Made by a program: the position numbers and the translations under genes. From Piedraia hortae CBS 480.64 (taxonomy: Eukaryota): 63,617 nt of DNA. The stretch lies in the NCBI GenBank assembly GCA_010093745.1, contig MU006004.1:62001-125617 (forward strand), written 5' to 3'. Shown piece by piece: positions 49,254 through 62,946 of the stretch; positions within the stretch are counted from its first letter, which is position 1; every line of letters begins with the position of its first letter. Under the pieces are notes generated by a model. The model had not been told where the DNA came from. It did no database searches and saw only the letters and a program-made list of their open reading frames with translations.

Positions 49254-52194
49254 TTAATCCTCATAATCCGGCATCCCCCCACCCGGCGTTTCTGGGAACG
49301 CACCGGGGGTAGGCACACCTCTGAACCCGCCAGGGGTAGGATTATCATACGCGCCAGGTGTCGGCGCTGTGCCAAACCCGGGGGTCGGGGCTTCGAGACC
49401 TCCATAGGCTGGTGTGCGCGAGCCGGAGACGTATGCTGGTGTGCGGTTTCCTGTCTACCAAGGGTTAGGACGTAGGGAAAGGGAGGGAAAGGGGGATGCT
49501 TACGCCATAAGTCGCCCCGCCGTAGGCTGTATTTCCCCCGTAGGAGGTGTTCCCACCGTAAGAGGTCGCTCCGCCGTAGGATGTGTTACCACCGTAGGCA
49601 GTGTTGCCGCCATAGGAAGTCGCTCCACCATATGAGGTCGCTCCGCCGTAATTTGTACTTCCGCCGTAGGCTGCTGTTCCGCCGGCGTAGGCAGGGGTTT
49701 TGCCTCCGCTCCAGCCTGGGGTTTTTCCTCCGTTAGAGTGGTAGGCTGGTGTGGCACCTCCAGCCATTGCATAGGCTGGTGTGCGGCCGCCGGTTGACAT
49801 GTAGGATGGTGCGCCGGAGGAGGACATTACGCCTCCAGGGGGGCGGGATACGGGGAAGTTGCCGCTGGCTGGTTGGATGCCACCTGGAATTAGTTGGCCT
49901 GTGACTTTGTTGACGAGGCATAGCTGGTTCTTCTTGCCAGGGACGGGGTTCCGCCGCCCGGGAACTTCGACGAATGTATCGTCGCCGGTAACTTCCCGTA
50001 CGGTGCCAAGGATGCCTTTGTTTGATCCCCTTATGAACTTCACGGCTTTGCCGATAAGAGGGTCTCTCCCCCTACGGATGACCTGGGGTGGGGGCATGAC
50101 GGCTTGAACAGCCGGATTGAGCTTGGATGGGTCAAAGGTGGCGGTGGGTTTTTGTGCTTTGGTAGATAGGGAGACGACGTTGGAGTGGCGCGTCGTCCAG
50201 ACGCCTGTGTCTTCAACCCGCTCCTGGTCATGGGCAAAGACAAAGTGGCGGTGGAGGTGCAGGATACGGCCAGATCGCTGTTCTCCACCGTACTCCTTGA
50301 CTGTGTCGCCAACGCGCATCTCAATGCCATCGCGGTCGGTAGAGACGGCGGCTTGGCGCCGCTGGATCCTGTTAGCAATGCTACTGGCCTGCATATGGCG
50401 GATGGAGCCTGATTGATCAAGCACCTGGAGGTTGTTTCGCTCGACCTTGATGACACAGCCTACGGTGGAAGCGTCCAGCTGGACAAGGTCGAAGAGGGCG
50501 TATTTGCTCCGGGCCGTTGCTCCCGCCGAGTCTGAAGCCTCACGCAAGTCTTTGCTGAAGACAGTAATCTCCGTCTGCGTCGAGTCCGTGAGAAGAGTGA
50601 CGCGATCTTCAACCATCCTCACAACCATGCCGACCTCGTCGACGTGTTTACTGCCGCCAATCACCTTGACGTGGTCGCCTTCGTCGAAAATCTTACGGAC
50701 ATCTCGGATCGGCACATCAATCTCGCGGCCGGACAGCGAACCGTTGGCGGCGCTGGCCTTGAGCTTGATGACATCGCCGTACACCTGCACGGCGCGACCA
50801 GTGAGTCCCCGCTGCTCACCACGGTGCACCCGCAGCTTGTCACCAGCCAGAAACTCGTCGGCCGATGCCGTTTTGAGTGTCGAGGCGAGCGCGACAAGGT
50901 CCAAGGCTTCGTCATCATCGTCAGCCTGGGCAAACTTCTGCACCTCGGCGAGCACCGGATTGACATTCTCCGTCTCGACGGCGGCCAGCTTGAAAGTTTC
51001 CATGAGGAAGCCGTCCACGTATTCTTTGCCGCGGTAGGTCCACGTATTGGCGCTGAGCCCAGGCCCCTTTTGCAGCTGCCGGGGATGCTGCCGCCGCGCC
51101 TCGGTCTCGCTGAACAATCGTGGTTGCGGCCGCTCGCCTGTGGCCGCTGTGCGCTTGCGCTTGACACCACGGTCATCGACGTCATCGCTGTAGTCCAGGC
51201 GCGGGACGAGACGCACAACAATTTGCATGCCATTGTCCTCAACATCATCGATCTGCGCTACATCACCCTGGTAGAGGCCTCGTTTTACGCGTACATACAT
51301 GCCTCGCTTCAGCTGGCGGTCGGGTCGCACACGCAGCAGGTCGGGCATTTCATCAGTCGGCACGAGAAAGGGCGGAGTACCGAGCCAGACGTTGGGCACG
51401 CCGTCGCAGGCCTCGCGCACCCATTCCTGGCGATGCGATTCCACGTAGAACATGCCGGCCATGGGCCCATTAGGTCGCGCACGCTCAAATGCTGACGTGA
51501 TGAGCAGCGGGTCGCGCGTATGCTTGCGCTCGCGAACGCGCGTTAAAATGGCCATGATGACGTCGCGCTCCTTACCGGGGCGACAACGCATGCGGTAGAT
51601 TCGTGGGTCATCCGCCGTCGGCAGAAGCAGGCGCTGGGGGATGACGGCGGCGCCGCGGGCTCCTCCGCGATTGTGTCGGCCGTAGCGCTCGCGATACATG
51701 GCGGCCTCCTGCTCCGCGTCCTGCATCGTCTGCGCTTCCCGCTGGCGGTCGAGCTCGCGATGCTTGCGGTCGTCGCGGTTAACTCCTCGCGGCAACTCGT
51801 GGAGATCGTCAGGATGGACTTCATCGGCAGGCTGCTCATCGTCCTCGTCTGGTTCCTCTTCATCACCTTCGTCGACCACAGCTTCTACGTCAATGAACTG
51901 ATTCCGCAGCTGCTTCCGGCGCCGTTTGCGGGACGGCTGTTCAATGTCATCGTCATCGTCATCGTCATCCTCTTCTTCATCCTCTTCGTCGTCATTTGCT
52001 TCTCCACCTTCATTTCCTCCGTCACTTCCAACATTATCTTTCTCTCCGTTATCCTCGTCGCCATTCTCCACACCGTTTCCGCCCTCATCTGTCTCAGCCT
52101 GCTCTCTATTGTCATCGTCGGAGCCACCGCCCGGCACAGGGTTAAAATCATCCTCTTCCTCGTCGGGAAACTCTTCATCTAGAAAGCTGGTCAT
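49254..52194 (-). CDS. SPT5: Transcription elongation factor Spt5; intron 49455-49503
   Basis: Acidic N-terminus, 'FIDVEAVVD', NGN region ('LLLPTADDP..CRPGKER'), several KOW motifs and C-terminal repeats. Confidence 0.97.
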
Positions 52195-52447
52195 ACTTTC
52201 CAGCTACTGCGAGAGATATTGTTTTTTTTTTTTTTTTTTTTTTTTTTTTTGGAGAGGGATTTGTGGTGGAGGGAGTTTGAAGAGGTGAAGTCGAATCCCG
52301 CATGCACTAAGGGTCGGGCCGCATTACAGAGCTCAAGCTAACCGAGTTTGGATACGAACTTCACACGTCACAAAGAACACCACCTTTCGTTCAAAAAGGG
52401 TTACAAGATCTCATCACAGAGTTAAAAAAAGAAAAAGGATTACAATA

Positions 52448-54696
52448 TTACGTACTGGTCCCATCAACCCCTCTCAATCGCATCAGATGCACAATGTTCT
52501 CCAAAAACCCCGAGATCACCGCATTGTACCCGCGGAATGTCCTCATCCTGATCTGCTCTCGTAGCACTGCGGCTTCCACTTCAACTTCCAGTTCATACTT
52601 GGGTGTCGTGTTGGCCACGTCCACCCTGGTGAGATCAATCTGGTATGCGAGATGCTTATAGCTGCACCTATCCTTGTTACGCGCTGGTTGCGCCGGCCTT
52701 TCGGCTGACGGCGCCTCGACGAGGTCTGTAAAGGGCTCCAGCTCCGGCCGATTAAGGTCAACTTCGAGATTAATTGATATGCGTGCATCGTAATTGCTGT
52801 GAGGGCTGTAGATGTGCATGTGTGCGAGGTTAATCTTGACAATGCGCGCCGTCACGATGCCAGTTTTGACGTCCGTTGTCGTGCGCAGGTTAAGATCACG
52901 CCCGTGAAGATTAAGATTTCGAAATGCCGCAGGCAGCAGTTCGCGCCCTCGTGCAGAGAGAGGGTGAAACACGTCTTGGCTGCGAGGATGCGAGTACTCT
53001 AGAGGTACCCGTCCTTCGGTGTGCGATTCTCTCGTCATTTGATTAAGAAAAGCATTGCCAGCTTCAAAAGCATGCTGCGATTCCGTTAGCCGACACTCAA
53101 AGCGGTCGGACTCAAACTTACCTCGTCCAGCTGAGAAACAAATCTTGCATGCTGTGACACCCACATCTGCTCCAACACTGTCATATTCCGTACGGGAAAC
53201 TGAATGCGCTCGTTGGTGCCTCTGTCGATTAAGTGGCCGAGTTTAGCCTCTATCTCAATAGCTCCCTGCGTAGGATCGTATCCAATACCGTTGAAGTTGC
53301 TGAGATGGAAGGATAGCCAGTCAGTGACCTCCCTATCCAAGTCGGGGTAGGCTGTGTTCCATTTAATCGATTTCTCCCAATTGCCGAATATTTGTCGAGC
53401 ATGGATTATGTCCCAGTCAAGTGGAGGGTTGTCCAGCCATGGTTGGTCGGGATGATACCGTCCTGGCATAGGATGTACGTTGGGACCATTGGAGAGACGG
53501 TCGCGTTGCCTCGGCGGTGGCATCTGCGGGGATTCTTCCGAAGCTGCAGTGTCACCATTTATACCAGGACGATATTTGGGATTCGTCTTTGCCAGTCGAG
53601 CCCATGCCGGCCGCTGATGATACTTGCGGGATTTACCGCGCTTGGCTGGACGCTCCTGGGCCTCGATCGAGGGCTCGGCCGCTCGTTTCTTTGAAAGTTG
53701 GCTGGCCATGGGAGAGTGAGTTCCCTGACGGTTCGCGACAGGCCCAAATTCCTGGGACGCTAATGCTGGTGCCCCGTTGTGGCTCGCGCCGCGGGGGGGC
53801 GGGCCGAACCCCGCGGTGCCATGCGTCAATCTCTGCGGGGATTGTTGGATGGGCGACGCCCATGCGGAACCTGGCTCGTGTCTTGCGCTGTATGGCGAGT
53901 CCCTGGCCACTTTTGCCGTGGTTGGTGAAGGCTGAATTGGGCCCTCAGGACTCAAAATGGAGCGGCTGCCGGGACGGGCAGTCGAAGGCGAAATGGACGG
54001 CGCAAGGCTGCTGCTCCGATGGGTTGCTAGCGCTGGAAGAGAAGGAGGCACCATGGTTTTTGGGCTTATTGAGATGCTGCGAGCGCGGTGATGTTGATGG
54101 TCCTGGGACGGCAGGTAGGTTTCACGAGGCGAGGTATAATCGCTGCTTGCTTGTCGTATTGGTGAAACAACGGGGAGGTCGATCGAAGTCCCAATGGGCG
54201 CCGGGAGCTTCCGACCCGGCGACGCGAAGCGCGGGCGCAACGGCGTCGACACTCCTTCCGCTGGCGACTGAGTCCCGGAGATGGAACTCGACGGCGGCAG
54301 ACGGGGTCCTGTGCTGGACAAGGGCGACAGATGGACCGGCGATTGCGCAGACATGGGACTCAGCTGGACTGAGTGGAGATCCGGAAGATGCGCAGGCAGG
54401 ACGGGAGGCGCAACTGCCGCCAAAGGAGGACGCAGTCCAGGCGTCACGCTGGAACTTTGGTACGGCGAAGGATGTGCGGGAAGACTTCGGCCGGGACTGG
54501 TTGTAATGGCTGAAAGGGGATAAGGTGAACGGTGCACCGGCGGTGGCTGCGAGACATACATATCATTGCTGTGCGACCGCGAGCCATGTGTGCCGGGCGA
54601 AACGGGCGATTCTGTTGATGGAGCGCGACTGACACTGCCTCGAGGCGACGATGGCCGTTTGGGCGGGCTCTCGGTGAGCATTGAATGGACATCCAT
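52448..54696 (-). CDS. CET1: mRNA capping enzyme beta subunit (RNA 5'-triphosphatase); intron 53075-53121
   Basis: Triphosphate tunnel motifs 'IEIEAKLG', 'DARISINLE', 'RNKDRCSY', 'IDLTRV' and 'YELEVE', plus a 'PAWA' guanylyltransferase-binding-like motif. Confidence 0.93.
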
Positions 54697-55428
54697 CCTG
54701 TCCGTAGGCCGTCGCTGGCTGTCGCGTTGCTTCAAAAAGGTCCAGACGCCCTCAGCGCAGTCGCGCGACCATCTCTCGATATATGCGCTGCTTCTTTAGG
54801 CTCGGTTGTCAACCATAGAGTGTCGCCCGCACCGCTGTGATGTTGCACTTGGGCGACCAGCTGTCGTGTGAGACGGGATCTGTAACATCTGCTCCCTCTC
54901 AATAAGATGCAAATATCGCATTGGGCGCGCGCAGTGACGCCGCAACACAGGCAAAAGGAGCGGCGCTGGATGCGAAAAGGGTGCGAAGGGTGAATGCTAA
55001 AGTGGAACTGGGGGCCGCGCAACGGGATGGCGTCGGTCGACGATGGGATGCTCCGTGGAGTACAACAGCTGGCAAAACTGCCTTGGAAGCAATACCACTC
55101 TCTATAGACTATCCTAGACTGCAGCAGAACCTTCACACAGTCGCCACTCCCGGCGTACAGGCCAGATGGCCGCCTCTTTCTGTGACGTCTGAATTCCAAC
55201 CCTAGTACGTTTTCCCGTATCTTACCGTGACTTATGACACAACGTCAGCCCGACCTTTGCTCGCGTCTCCCTTTGACAACTGCCACTCTCCTTCGTCAAC
55301 CGAGTACCCGGACACAGCAGGCATTCTTTTTGCCGCGTTTCAAGTACCAGCTGCTGATTAATAATCAAGATTCCACTCCGGATTTTCTGTTGATTTCTGC
55401 CGCCACCAACCCAAGAGACACGCACAAG

Positions 55429-58400
55429 ATGGTGGGCCTCACTTCGGCAGCCGGCTTGGTTGGCTTCCTTTCGGAGCCCGATGTCGAGCTGCAGACGTTT
55501 GCACTGGAAAGGCTGGATGCGTCCATGGACAGTGTGTGGACCGAGGCTTCGGCCGCCATTGCCACCATGTAAGCAACTTCAAGTAGCCCCAGGAGGAGGA
55601 ACAGAGAAGCTGACAAATGCACAGAGAAGCGCTCTATGAGGATACATCCTTTCCAGACCGCTCCCTTGCCGCAATCGTTCTGGCGAAGCTCTATTACCAG
55701 CTGCAAGAGTATGACGAGGCCATGGTGTTTGCATTACGAGCAGACCAGCGGTTCGACTTTAAGCGCGCCGATGGCTTCGAGGAGACGATGGTGGCCAAGT
55801 TCATCGACACGTGGGTGGCTCTACAGGCGCATCAGAACCCACCGGCCCAAGCATCGGCCCCGACGCCCAACAAAGAAGCCGATGCTGAGGCTGCGGCGCG
55901 CATGACTAGCCCGACGACGCCTTTTAGCCAGCTGCAAGTGCCTTCCAAGTCGCTGCTCAGCCGCACTGATGACACGGCGTGGGACGGCTCAGCGCCCAGC
56001 CGGGGAAGCGAAGGCGTTGCCGGAGCTCATCCGGACCCGCTGAAGCTGCCGGCCGATGTCCACAAACGACTAAAGACGATGATGACTGACATTTTCGAGA
56101 CTTGCTATGCCACTGGCGCCTTCAAACAGGTGGTCGGTATCGCCGTCGAGGCTCGCAATATGGACTTTATGCGCGCAGCAATCAAGATTTGCGGCGAAAA
56201 GGGCGGCAATCAGACGCCCGAGGAGCTGATGGAGTACGTGTTGGACATTTGCGTCAATGTTGTGCAGGAACGTGGCCTACGCAACCAGATGCTGCAGACC
56301 ATTCTCGACCTTCTCAACGACATTCCAAGCCCCGACTACTTCTCGATTGTGCGCTGCGTTGTCCAGCTCGACCAGCACAAGATGGCATCGGCAATGCTGA
56401 AGCAGCTTGTGCAAAAAGGCGACCAGTGGAGCTGGGCCATTGCCTACCAGCTGTCGTTTGATTTGTATGAGAACGGCACGCAGGAGTTCCTCCAAAAGGT
56501 CATTGCGGATCTGCCTGAAGAGGAGGTAGAAGGTCCTCAACGCAATAGTCATGAGGATGCGAGAGATTCCCGCCAGACGCTAGTCCCACAGGAGATACCA
56601 CCTGACGTTCCAAGTGCGCTGCCGGACCGATCAAAGGTTCCAGAGAAAAAATCGCCGCACGTTGCCTATGCTTCGATGCGCAAGATCCTTCAAGGCACTG
56701 TTACCATTGATCTCAACCTCGAGTTCCTCTTCCGCTCGTCGCGCACCGACAAGGCCATCCTGAACAAGGTGCGCGACTCGCTCGAGGCGCGCAACAGCAT
56801 CTTCCACTCATCTGTCACCTTCGCCAACGCGTTCATGCACGCCGGTACCACGATTGATAGCTTCTTCCGTGAGAATCTCGAGTGGCTCGGCAAGGCCGTC
56901 AACTGGAGTAAGTTCACGGCCACGGCTGCCCTCGGCGTCATCCACCGCGGCAATCTTAGCCAGGGTCGCAAGCTGCTCGATCCGTACCTTCCACGCGACA
57001 ACAGCGGTGCCGGCAGCGCCTATAGCCAAGGTGGCTCGCTGTTTGCGCTCGGTCTCATCTACACAAACCACGGCACTCATGTGCTGGAGTATTTGCGGCA
57101 GCAGTTTACCCAGGCCAGCGACGAGGTGGTGCAGCATGGCGGTGCGCTTGGTGTTGGCGTCGCCGGCATGGCCACGGGCTCAAATGACATGTATGACGAG
57201 CTCAACGCCGTCCTCTACCAAGACTCGGCTGTCAACGGCGAAGCTGTTGGCCTGGCTATGGGCCTTGTAATGCTGGGCACCGGCAACTCAAACGCCATCA
57301 AAGCCATGCTTGATCACGCCCGTGAGACGCAGCACGAGAAGATTGTGCGCGGCTTGGCTCTTGGTGTGGCTCTCATCATGTACGCCCGCCAAGAGGCTGC
57401 TGACGACCTCATCAATACCCTTTTGGACGACACTGATCCCGCATTGCGTTACGGCGGTATCTTGACTGTGGCCCTTGCTTATTGCGGCTCTGGCAGCAAC
57501 AAGGCCGTCCGTCGATTGCTACACGTTGCTGTTTCTGACGTTTCCGACGATGTCCGTCGTGTGGCTGTCATGTCTCTGGGCTTTGTGCTCTTCCGTAAGC
57601 CTGGAAGCGTGCCCCGGTTGGTCGAGCTCCTGTCCGAATCGTACAATCCGCATGTGCGCTATGGCGCGTCGATGGCATTGGGCATCGCCTGTGCGGGCAC
57701 CGGTCAAGCTGAAGCGATTGACCTGCTAGAGCCAATGCTCCGGGACTCCGTTGACTATGTCCGTCAAGGCGCACTCATCGCAATGGCCATGGTCTTGGTG
57801 CAGCAAAACGACGATATGAACAGCAAAGTGTCTAGCGTTCGCAAACAGTTCCAGAAGATCATCTCTGACCGCCACGAGGACGCCATGTCCAAGTTTGGCT
57901 GTGCTTTGGCGCTTGGCATCATTGATGCTGGAGGCCGAAACTGCACACTCAGCCTGCAAACTCAGACGGGTAACTTGAACATGACTGCTATCGTCGGCAT
58001 GGCCATTTTCACACAGTACTGGTATTGGTTCCCCTTTACCCACTTCCTGTCGCTGTCCTTTACGCCAACCTCCATTATCGGAGTTGACCAGAACCTCGAG
58101 GTGCCCTTGTTCAAGTTTCACTGCAACTCGCGGCCCTCGCAGTTTGACTATCCGCCTGAACAGGAAGTCAAGCAAGAGGTGGAACCGGAAAAGGTCAAGA
58201 CCGCCGTGCTTTCCACCACTGCCCAGGCAAAGCGCCGGAAACTGGCAAAGGACCGCATGAGACGTGGCTCCATGGACATTGACCAGCCTCCCAAAGGCGG
58301 TGAGAAGGAAAAGCAGAAAGACGACAAGGGCGACAAGATGGAAATCGACGAGCCCGAAAAGGTTCAAGAGGAAAAAGAAAAGGAAACAGGCAAGAAGAAG

Positions 58401-58861
58401 CCCCAAAAGGAGCCTGTTGGCTACGACTTGGACAACATGAGCCGCGTACTACCGGCGCAGGTCAAGTATATCACCTTCCCGGATGCGCGTTTTCAGCCCG
58501 TCAAAATGGTAAGCACATTGCAGTCTCTGTTCCACGGATGATTTCTAACGCCTTTTTTTAGCCAACCGGAGGCCCAATGCTGGTAATCGACACGGAGCTC
58601 GACCAGCCAAAGAGTGTCATAGAACTCAAGGCCCACAAACAAGCCACGGCTTCAGCGCCCAATCCTACGTCGTCAGCAGCTGGCCAGACTGTCGGCACCA
58701 GCCAAAGAAACTCTCCCATGACTCTGACCGAGATGGTCGAGGCCGAAGTAGCAAACCAAGCCGGCGCCCAAGCAGCAGCTGGTGTGCTCACAGCAGTAGA
58801 CGAAGGCGACGACGATGGCGAAGAGGCCCCCGTCCCAGATGACTTTGAAGTCGAAGAGTAA
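55429..58861 (+). CDS. RPN2: 26S proteasome regulatory subunit Rpn2; introns 55569-55624 and 58509-58561
   Basis: 'LTSAAGLVGFL', 'FFRENLEWLGKAVNWSKFTATAALGVIH', PC repeats, 'LLSESYNPHVRYG' and 'QYWYWFP'. Confidence 0.97.
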
Positions 58862-59038
58862 AGTTAATGTTTAGTTTTCTTTCACTGTACTCTTTATCTT
58901 TGAGGGGTCTATACAATATCACTTCTTGACATCTGTGGTGAAAGATTTGAGGACTAGATATTTGCTTTGAGGATTGTATTCTATAGACTTGACAACCTGT
59001 GCCGTGTATCCAGTACCGCATCACCGTCTCCGCCAACG

Positions 59039-59074
<36 letters not shown>

Positions 59075-59089
59075 CTTATTTAAGTTCGA

Positions 59090-59990
59090 AGCGCCTTGAA
59101 TTGGATGGGAAATAGCTCTACAATTGGTTGTGGCGATCAACACCACCCATATGGTTAATGTGATCCACTAACCACATGGGCAGGTCAAGCACCACAGACC
59201 CATTTGCTCCCTACACTTCCCGGACAACATTTTCCAACCAAGCTGACTGAGCATCTGACCTTTTCCTGGCCACCTTCTTCCCATTGACCTCGTTCGCTGT
59301 GGCCAGGAATTGCACCATGTCTTTATCTTGCCAACTGATGATAAAGGCTTCTCCGTGGACGACCCAGTGCACTTGATGCTTGAACGGCAACCGCGCTTTC
59401 TTCTTGTCGATATTCTTCAGATCCTGGGGCCGATTCGGTCGAATTGCTACGTGCAGGTCCGCAAGCAGTAATGCCGCACAGACGAAGCAAATGAAAGAGA
59501 TCCGGGTGCTGAACAAGTTATCACAATATAGTTGGAAAAAGTTCTGTTTGGGCAACTGCACATCAGACCCACTACGGCTCGTAAAGTTTTCTTCAACCCT
59601 ATCACAAGATTGGTGGGCGGTTCGTGTCCTCTCTGAGCGATGGGCCGTTCCACGTCCTCTGCATGGAAGCTGGTCTTTGCGCTAGTAAAACGGAAGTCAA
59701 AAAGATTTTCGCCTTGTGCGAGTGCCAGGATAAAGTAGCCAACTGGGCATGGCTTGCCACGGACCTTCACCTTGTGCGCGGAGCGCCCAGTAAACGTCAT
59801 GCATTCTTTGATAGGGGCGCGTCGAATTAGGTCGTGTTGGGGGAGACAGCGATGGGAAACTCAATGAGTTGGATGGAAGAAACCTAGCCACGATTTCAAA
59901 CCGGGATCCGCCCCTTCATTGCTTGAGGCCATATAGCGCCTTTTTGAGCTCTCGGCCTAGCCGAACTGAGGACACCGTCTATTTCGATGG
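59090..59990 (-). mobile_element. piggyBac transposase remnant
   Basis: 'ECMTFTGRSAHKVKVRGKPCPVGYFILAL', 'LYCDNLFS', 'WQDKDMVQFL' and 'NHMGGVDRHNQL*SYF' occur in the expected order with frameshifts. Confidence 0.88.
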
Positions 59991-60299
59991 AATGGAAGTA
60001 ACGGACTCGCACACGTACATACTCATCACGCCCTCAACACTCAATTGAGCGTCCATCACACGTACATCAATCTGAATGGCTCGACACCTCATCTTGATGA
60101 GCTGTGGATGACCCAAGCGAAAGTCAAGAGGCTGATAACAAAGTCTGGGAGACGGTAGCCAACAAGATATGGCATACAGCACTCTTTCCCGATAGTGACG
60201 CGAATGATCAATATAGACGTGTTCTATTAATCCTCCTCAGACCACAGACCTCGCGACAGTGTCGGCCACATTCTCATGCCGTCTCATGGAACTGGAACA

Positions 60300-60620
60300 T
60301 CATTCCCAGATCTTATTGAGGTGGGCGCCGTGATCCGCTGCCTCAGTGCAGGAATCGATATCGAGAACGTCGAATTTTCTGCACAGCTCGTGATAAAATC
60401 CGGATACATCAAGTTTGTAATGCTTTTCCAATGCATCTAAGGCAGTTTGGGCTGTTTCATAGTTCTTCACAATCTGCTTGGTGTTAAAGCCACATTGTCC
60501 ACGAAGGGGTCCAATCATCCTGAGGAATGGAACAGACACAGATCTTTTTACGCTTTGCGCTTCCTGATTGTGCCATCCGGGAGGTATGGGGGCGATAAAC
60601 CCCGATGAGATGAACTCCCT
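60300..60620 (-). mobile_element. Ty1/copia gag (UBN2-like) remnant
   Basis: 'IVKNYETAQTALDALEKHYK...FYHELCRKFDVL'. Confidence 0.6.
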
Positions 60621-62834
60621 GGGCTGTGTCACAGGGGAAATGCATCGTAATCGTGGATATGTCTTGCTGTGAGGTTTTGACTTGAGCGCGGTGATCAAGC
60701 GTGGAGGAAGAGTGGAGTACATAGCGAGCGCGCGTGCGAACGCGTCGAACGTCACCAGTGGTGAAGTTTGGGGAACAACATGCACAGTGAAGCCCCGTCA
60801 TTCTTGACCACTGCAGCTGCTTGGACAGAGAAGCCTTGAGGCCTGAACACCAAGCATATCCTGATTCAGAGCACTAGGGGGGTACCAACCGTAATTTAAC
60901 ATCTTATTCCATTCCTTCCCTGTTGGATGGCTTTAGTACGAACTTACAACATGGTATCACAGAAGTGAGTTGTAGTAGCTCATTCTTTATCTCCTCAGCA
61001 TACGATGGAGTTAAAAGCATGCTCCCCGCACTGTGTCAAATCCAATTCCATCCTGTGCTATCATATCGATGCCCGACATCCCCACCTGGACTTAAGCTCT
61101 TTGCATGAAGAGAAAGTACCACTCTTCCCAAACCCCAGGGAGTTACATCTCAGAAGCGGCTGTGCCGGAATGAATGCTGTCACTGAAAAACACATACCCA
61201 AGCTGAGCGAAGTGCACTTTTACAGTCACGTTAGATTAACTAAAAAGTGTAGCGATAAGGCTCTTGTTGATGGGAGTGCGCAGCGTCCCGAACTAAGAGG
61301 ACTAAGCGATAGACGAAAATTGACAACAGGGACAGGACAGATGCATATGGATATGAGTCAATACCAGTGTCGATATGACAGTGTGAATGACTATCTGTAC
61401 AAAATGAGGGGACGTTCAGAATAAAAATTCTGTACTGGGTGGGCCGGTGACGTCACGTCGTACACTAGCAGGGCGCATTCGCCATGTCACATATGACATG
61501 ACCCTGAGGGAAAACCTCTGTGAGGGAAAACCCTAGGGTGCAGCTGGTAGTGTAAGAGGTATCGCTGACTTGCTACGCAAGTGCCCTGCATACGCGCTAG
61601 CGGCGATGCTTAAATCCAACAAAAAAATCATTAAAGCGTTTGCGGGAACGCACGGGTCATTGGCATGACAAGAATTTACCTTTTGCAGAAATTGAGATGA
61701 GTGGTGGAGATCCTAACAATATATCGGGGACCTTGTGCTCTCTAGAGTTTGGGTAAAGTTTACTAGCTCAATTGCGATCGGAACATAGACTGCCGATATG
61801 GAGCACGGTCAATACTGACCCGCAAGGATTCCTTAAAAAACATTCATTCCTCTTTACAACTAGCAAACAATGAAGGAGATGCTTGTTCTGTCGCAGTTTG
61901 CTTGCGGGCATGATCTCCTCGCGCGTGCAGCGGGCATCGTGTGTTGGGCTCGCACATTCCATCACCATTTCTGTTGGAGATACGATCTGATCTGCCGGCA
62001 GGTCTCGGCCACATAATTGTGGATATAAACCATGCACGCCACGGGAGCGCCTGTTTCTTTGTTGTGTCTCACCACTAACGGCGGTGCGTTTGTTGATAGC
62101 CTAAGTGCTGCACAACTCATTTGACTTTTATAACTTTGCTTTGGATCCCATTTCCCACGGATTCGCTAAGTTTTGTTCTGGAAGGTTTGGTAAGGGGTTG
62201 AGAGCAATGGAAATCTCTTATGAAGACGACCAAGTTTCTCCAAGTTTCCGTTGAGATTTGGGTGTTCGAAAACTGCAGAAGTCGGCGCGCGAGAGGCAGG
62301 AGCAGAAGCCAGCCAGTCTACTTGAGAGCGTAACGTACGAAAACAAAGCGCCTGATCAGGATTAGCAAACAATGGGCGCAATGTTTGCAGCTCATCTCAG
62401 ACTATCCCAACCAAGAGTGCTTTGTTGCCACCCGTCTGCTCAAAATTCACTGCCTCGCATCATGCCGACTGGAACTCGATAAGTATACCCCATGGCGAGA
62501 GCCAAGTCATATCTTTGCCATGTACATGAATAGCTGGTGAGCTGTGGGATTTCTCTATACGATCACCATTCGGATTTAGAAGCCTCGGCGTCTCAATTCT
62601 GGAATGGATCGGCCTCTTGCAAATGTTCACATGAGGCCGTTTTCCTCAAAGAAACATTCCTCTGGACACAACAAAGCCACTCGGTGAAACACAGAATCCA
62701 ATTCTCCACCTCCGTTCATGAAAGAAACAAACCCATTATACCGGCCCACCCATTGTCCTAATCCACCCATGAAACAATGCTTTTGGATCTATATATCCGC
62801 CTCGATTCGCCGACCCATCTATACAAATCAACTC

Positions 62835-62946
62835 AAGTTCAAGGGGACGAACTGATAGTGTGAATACACTAAGATGTGAATAATTGTATAGTTATATATA
62901 CTGCATACATGAGGGGACGTTGTTCATGGTCATCACGTGACACATC
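62835..62946 (-). repeat. Inverted copy of the 48129-48239 repeat
   Basis: Reverse-complement similarity to 48129-48239. Confidence 0.9.

Noticed and set aside
49500..49700. Regularly spaced repeats that might look like a CRISPR-like array
   Set aside because: They are coding Spt5 CTR repeats without unique spacers, in a eukaryotic context.
53517..54506. 329 aa plus-strand ORF, and similar long antisense ORFs over ZRC1, NPT1, SPT5 and RPN2
   Set aside because: These are shadow frames of GC-rich real genes with no recognisable motifs.
55060..55410. PACE/Rpn4-like sites upstream of RPN2 (gctggcaaa, gccacc)
   Set aside because: No exact GGTGGCAAA; partial matches are expected by chance.
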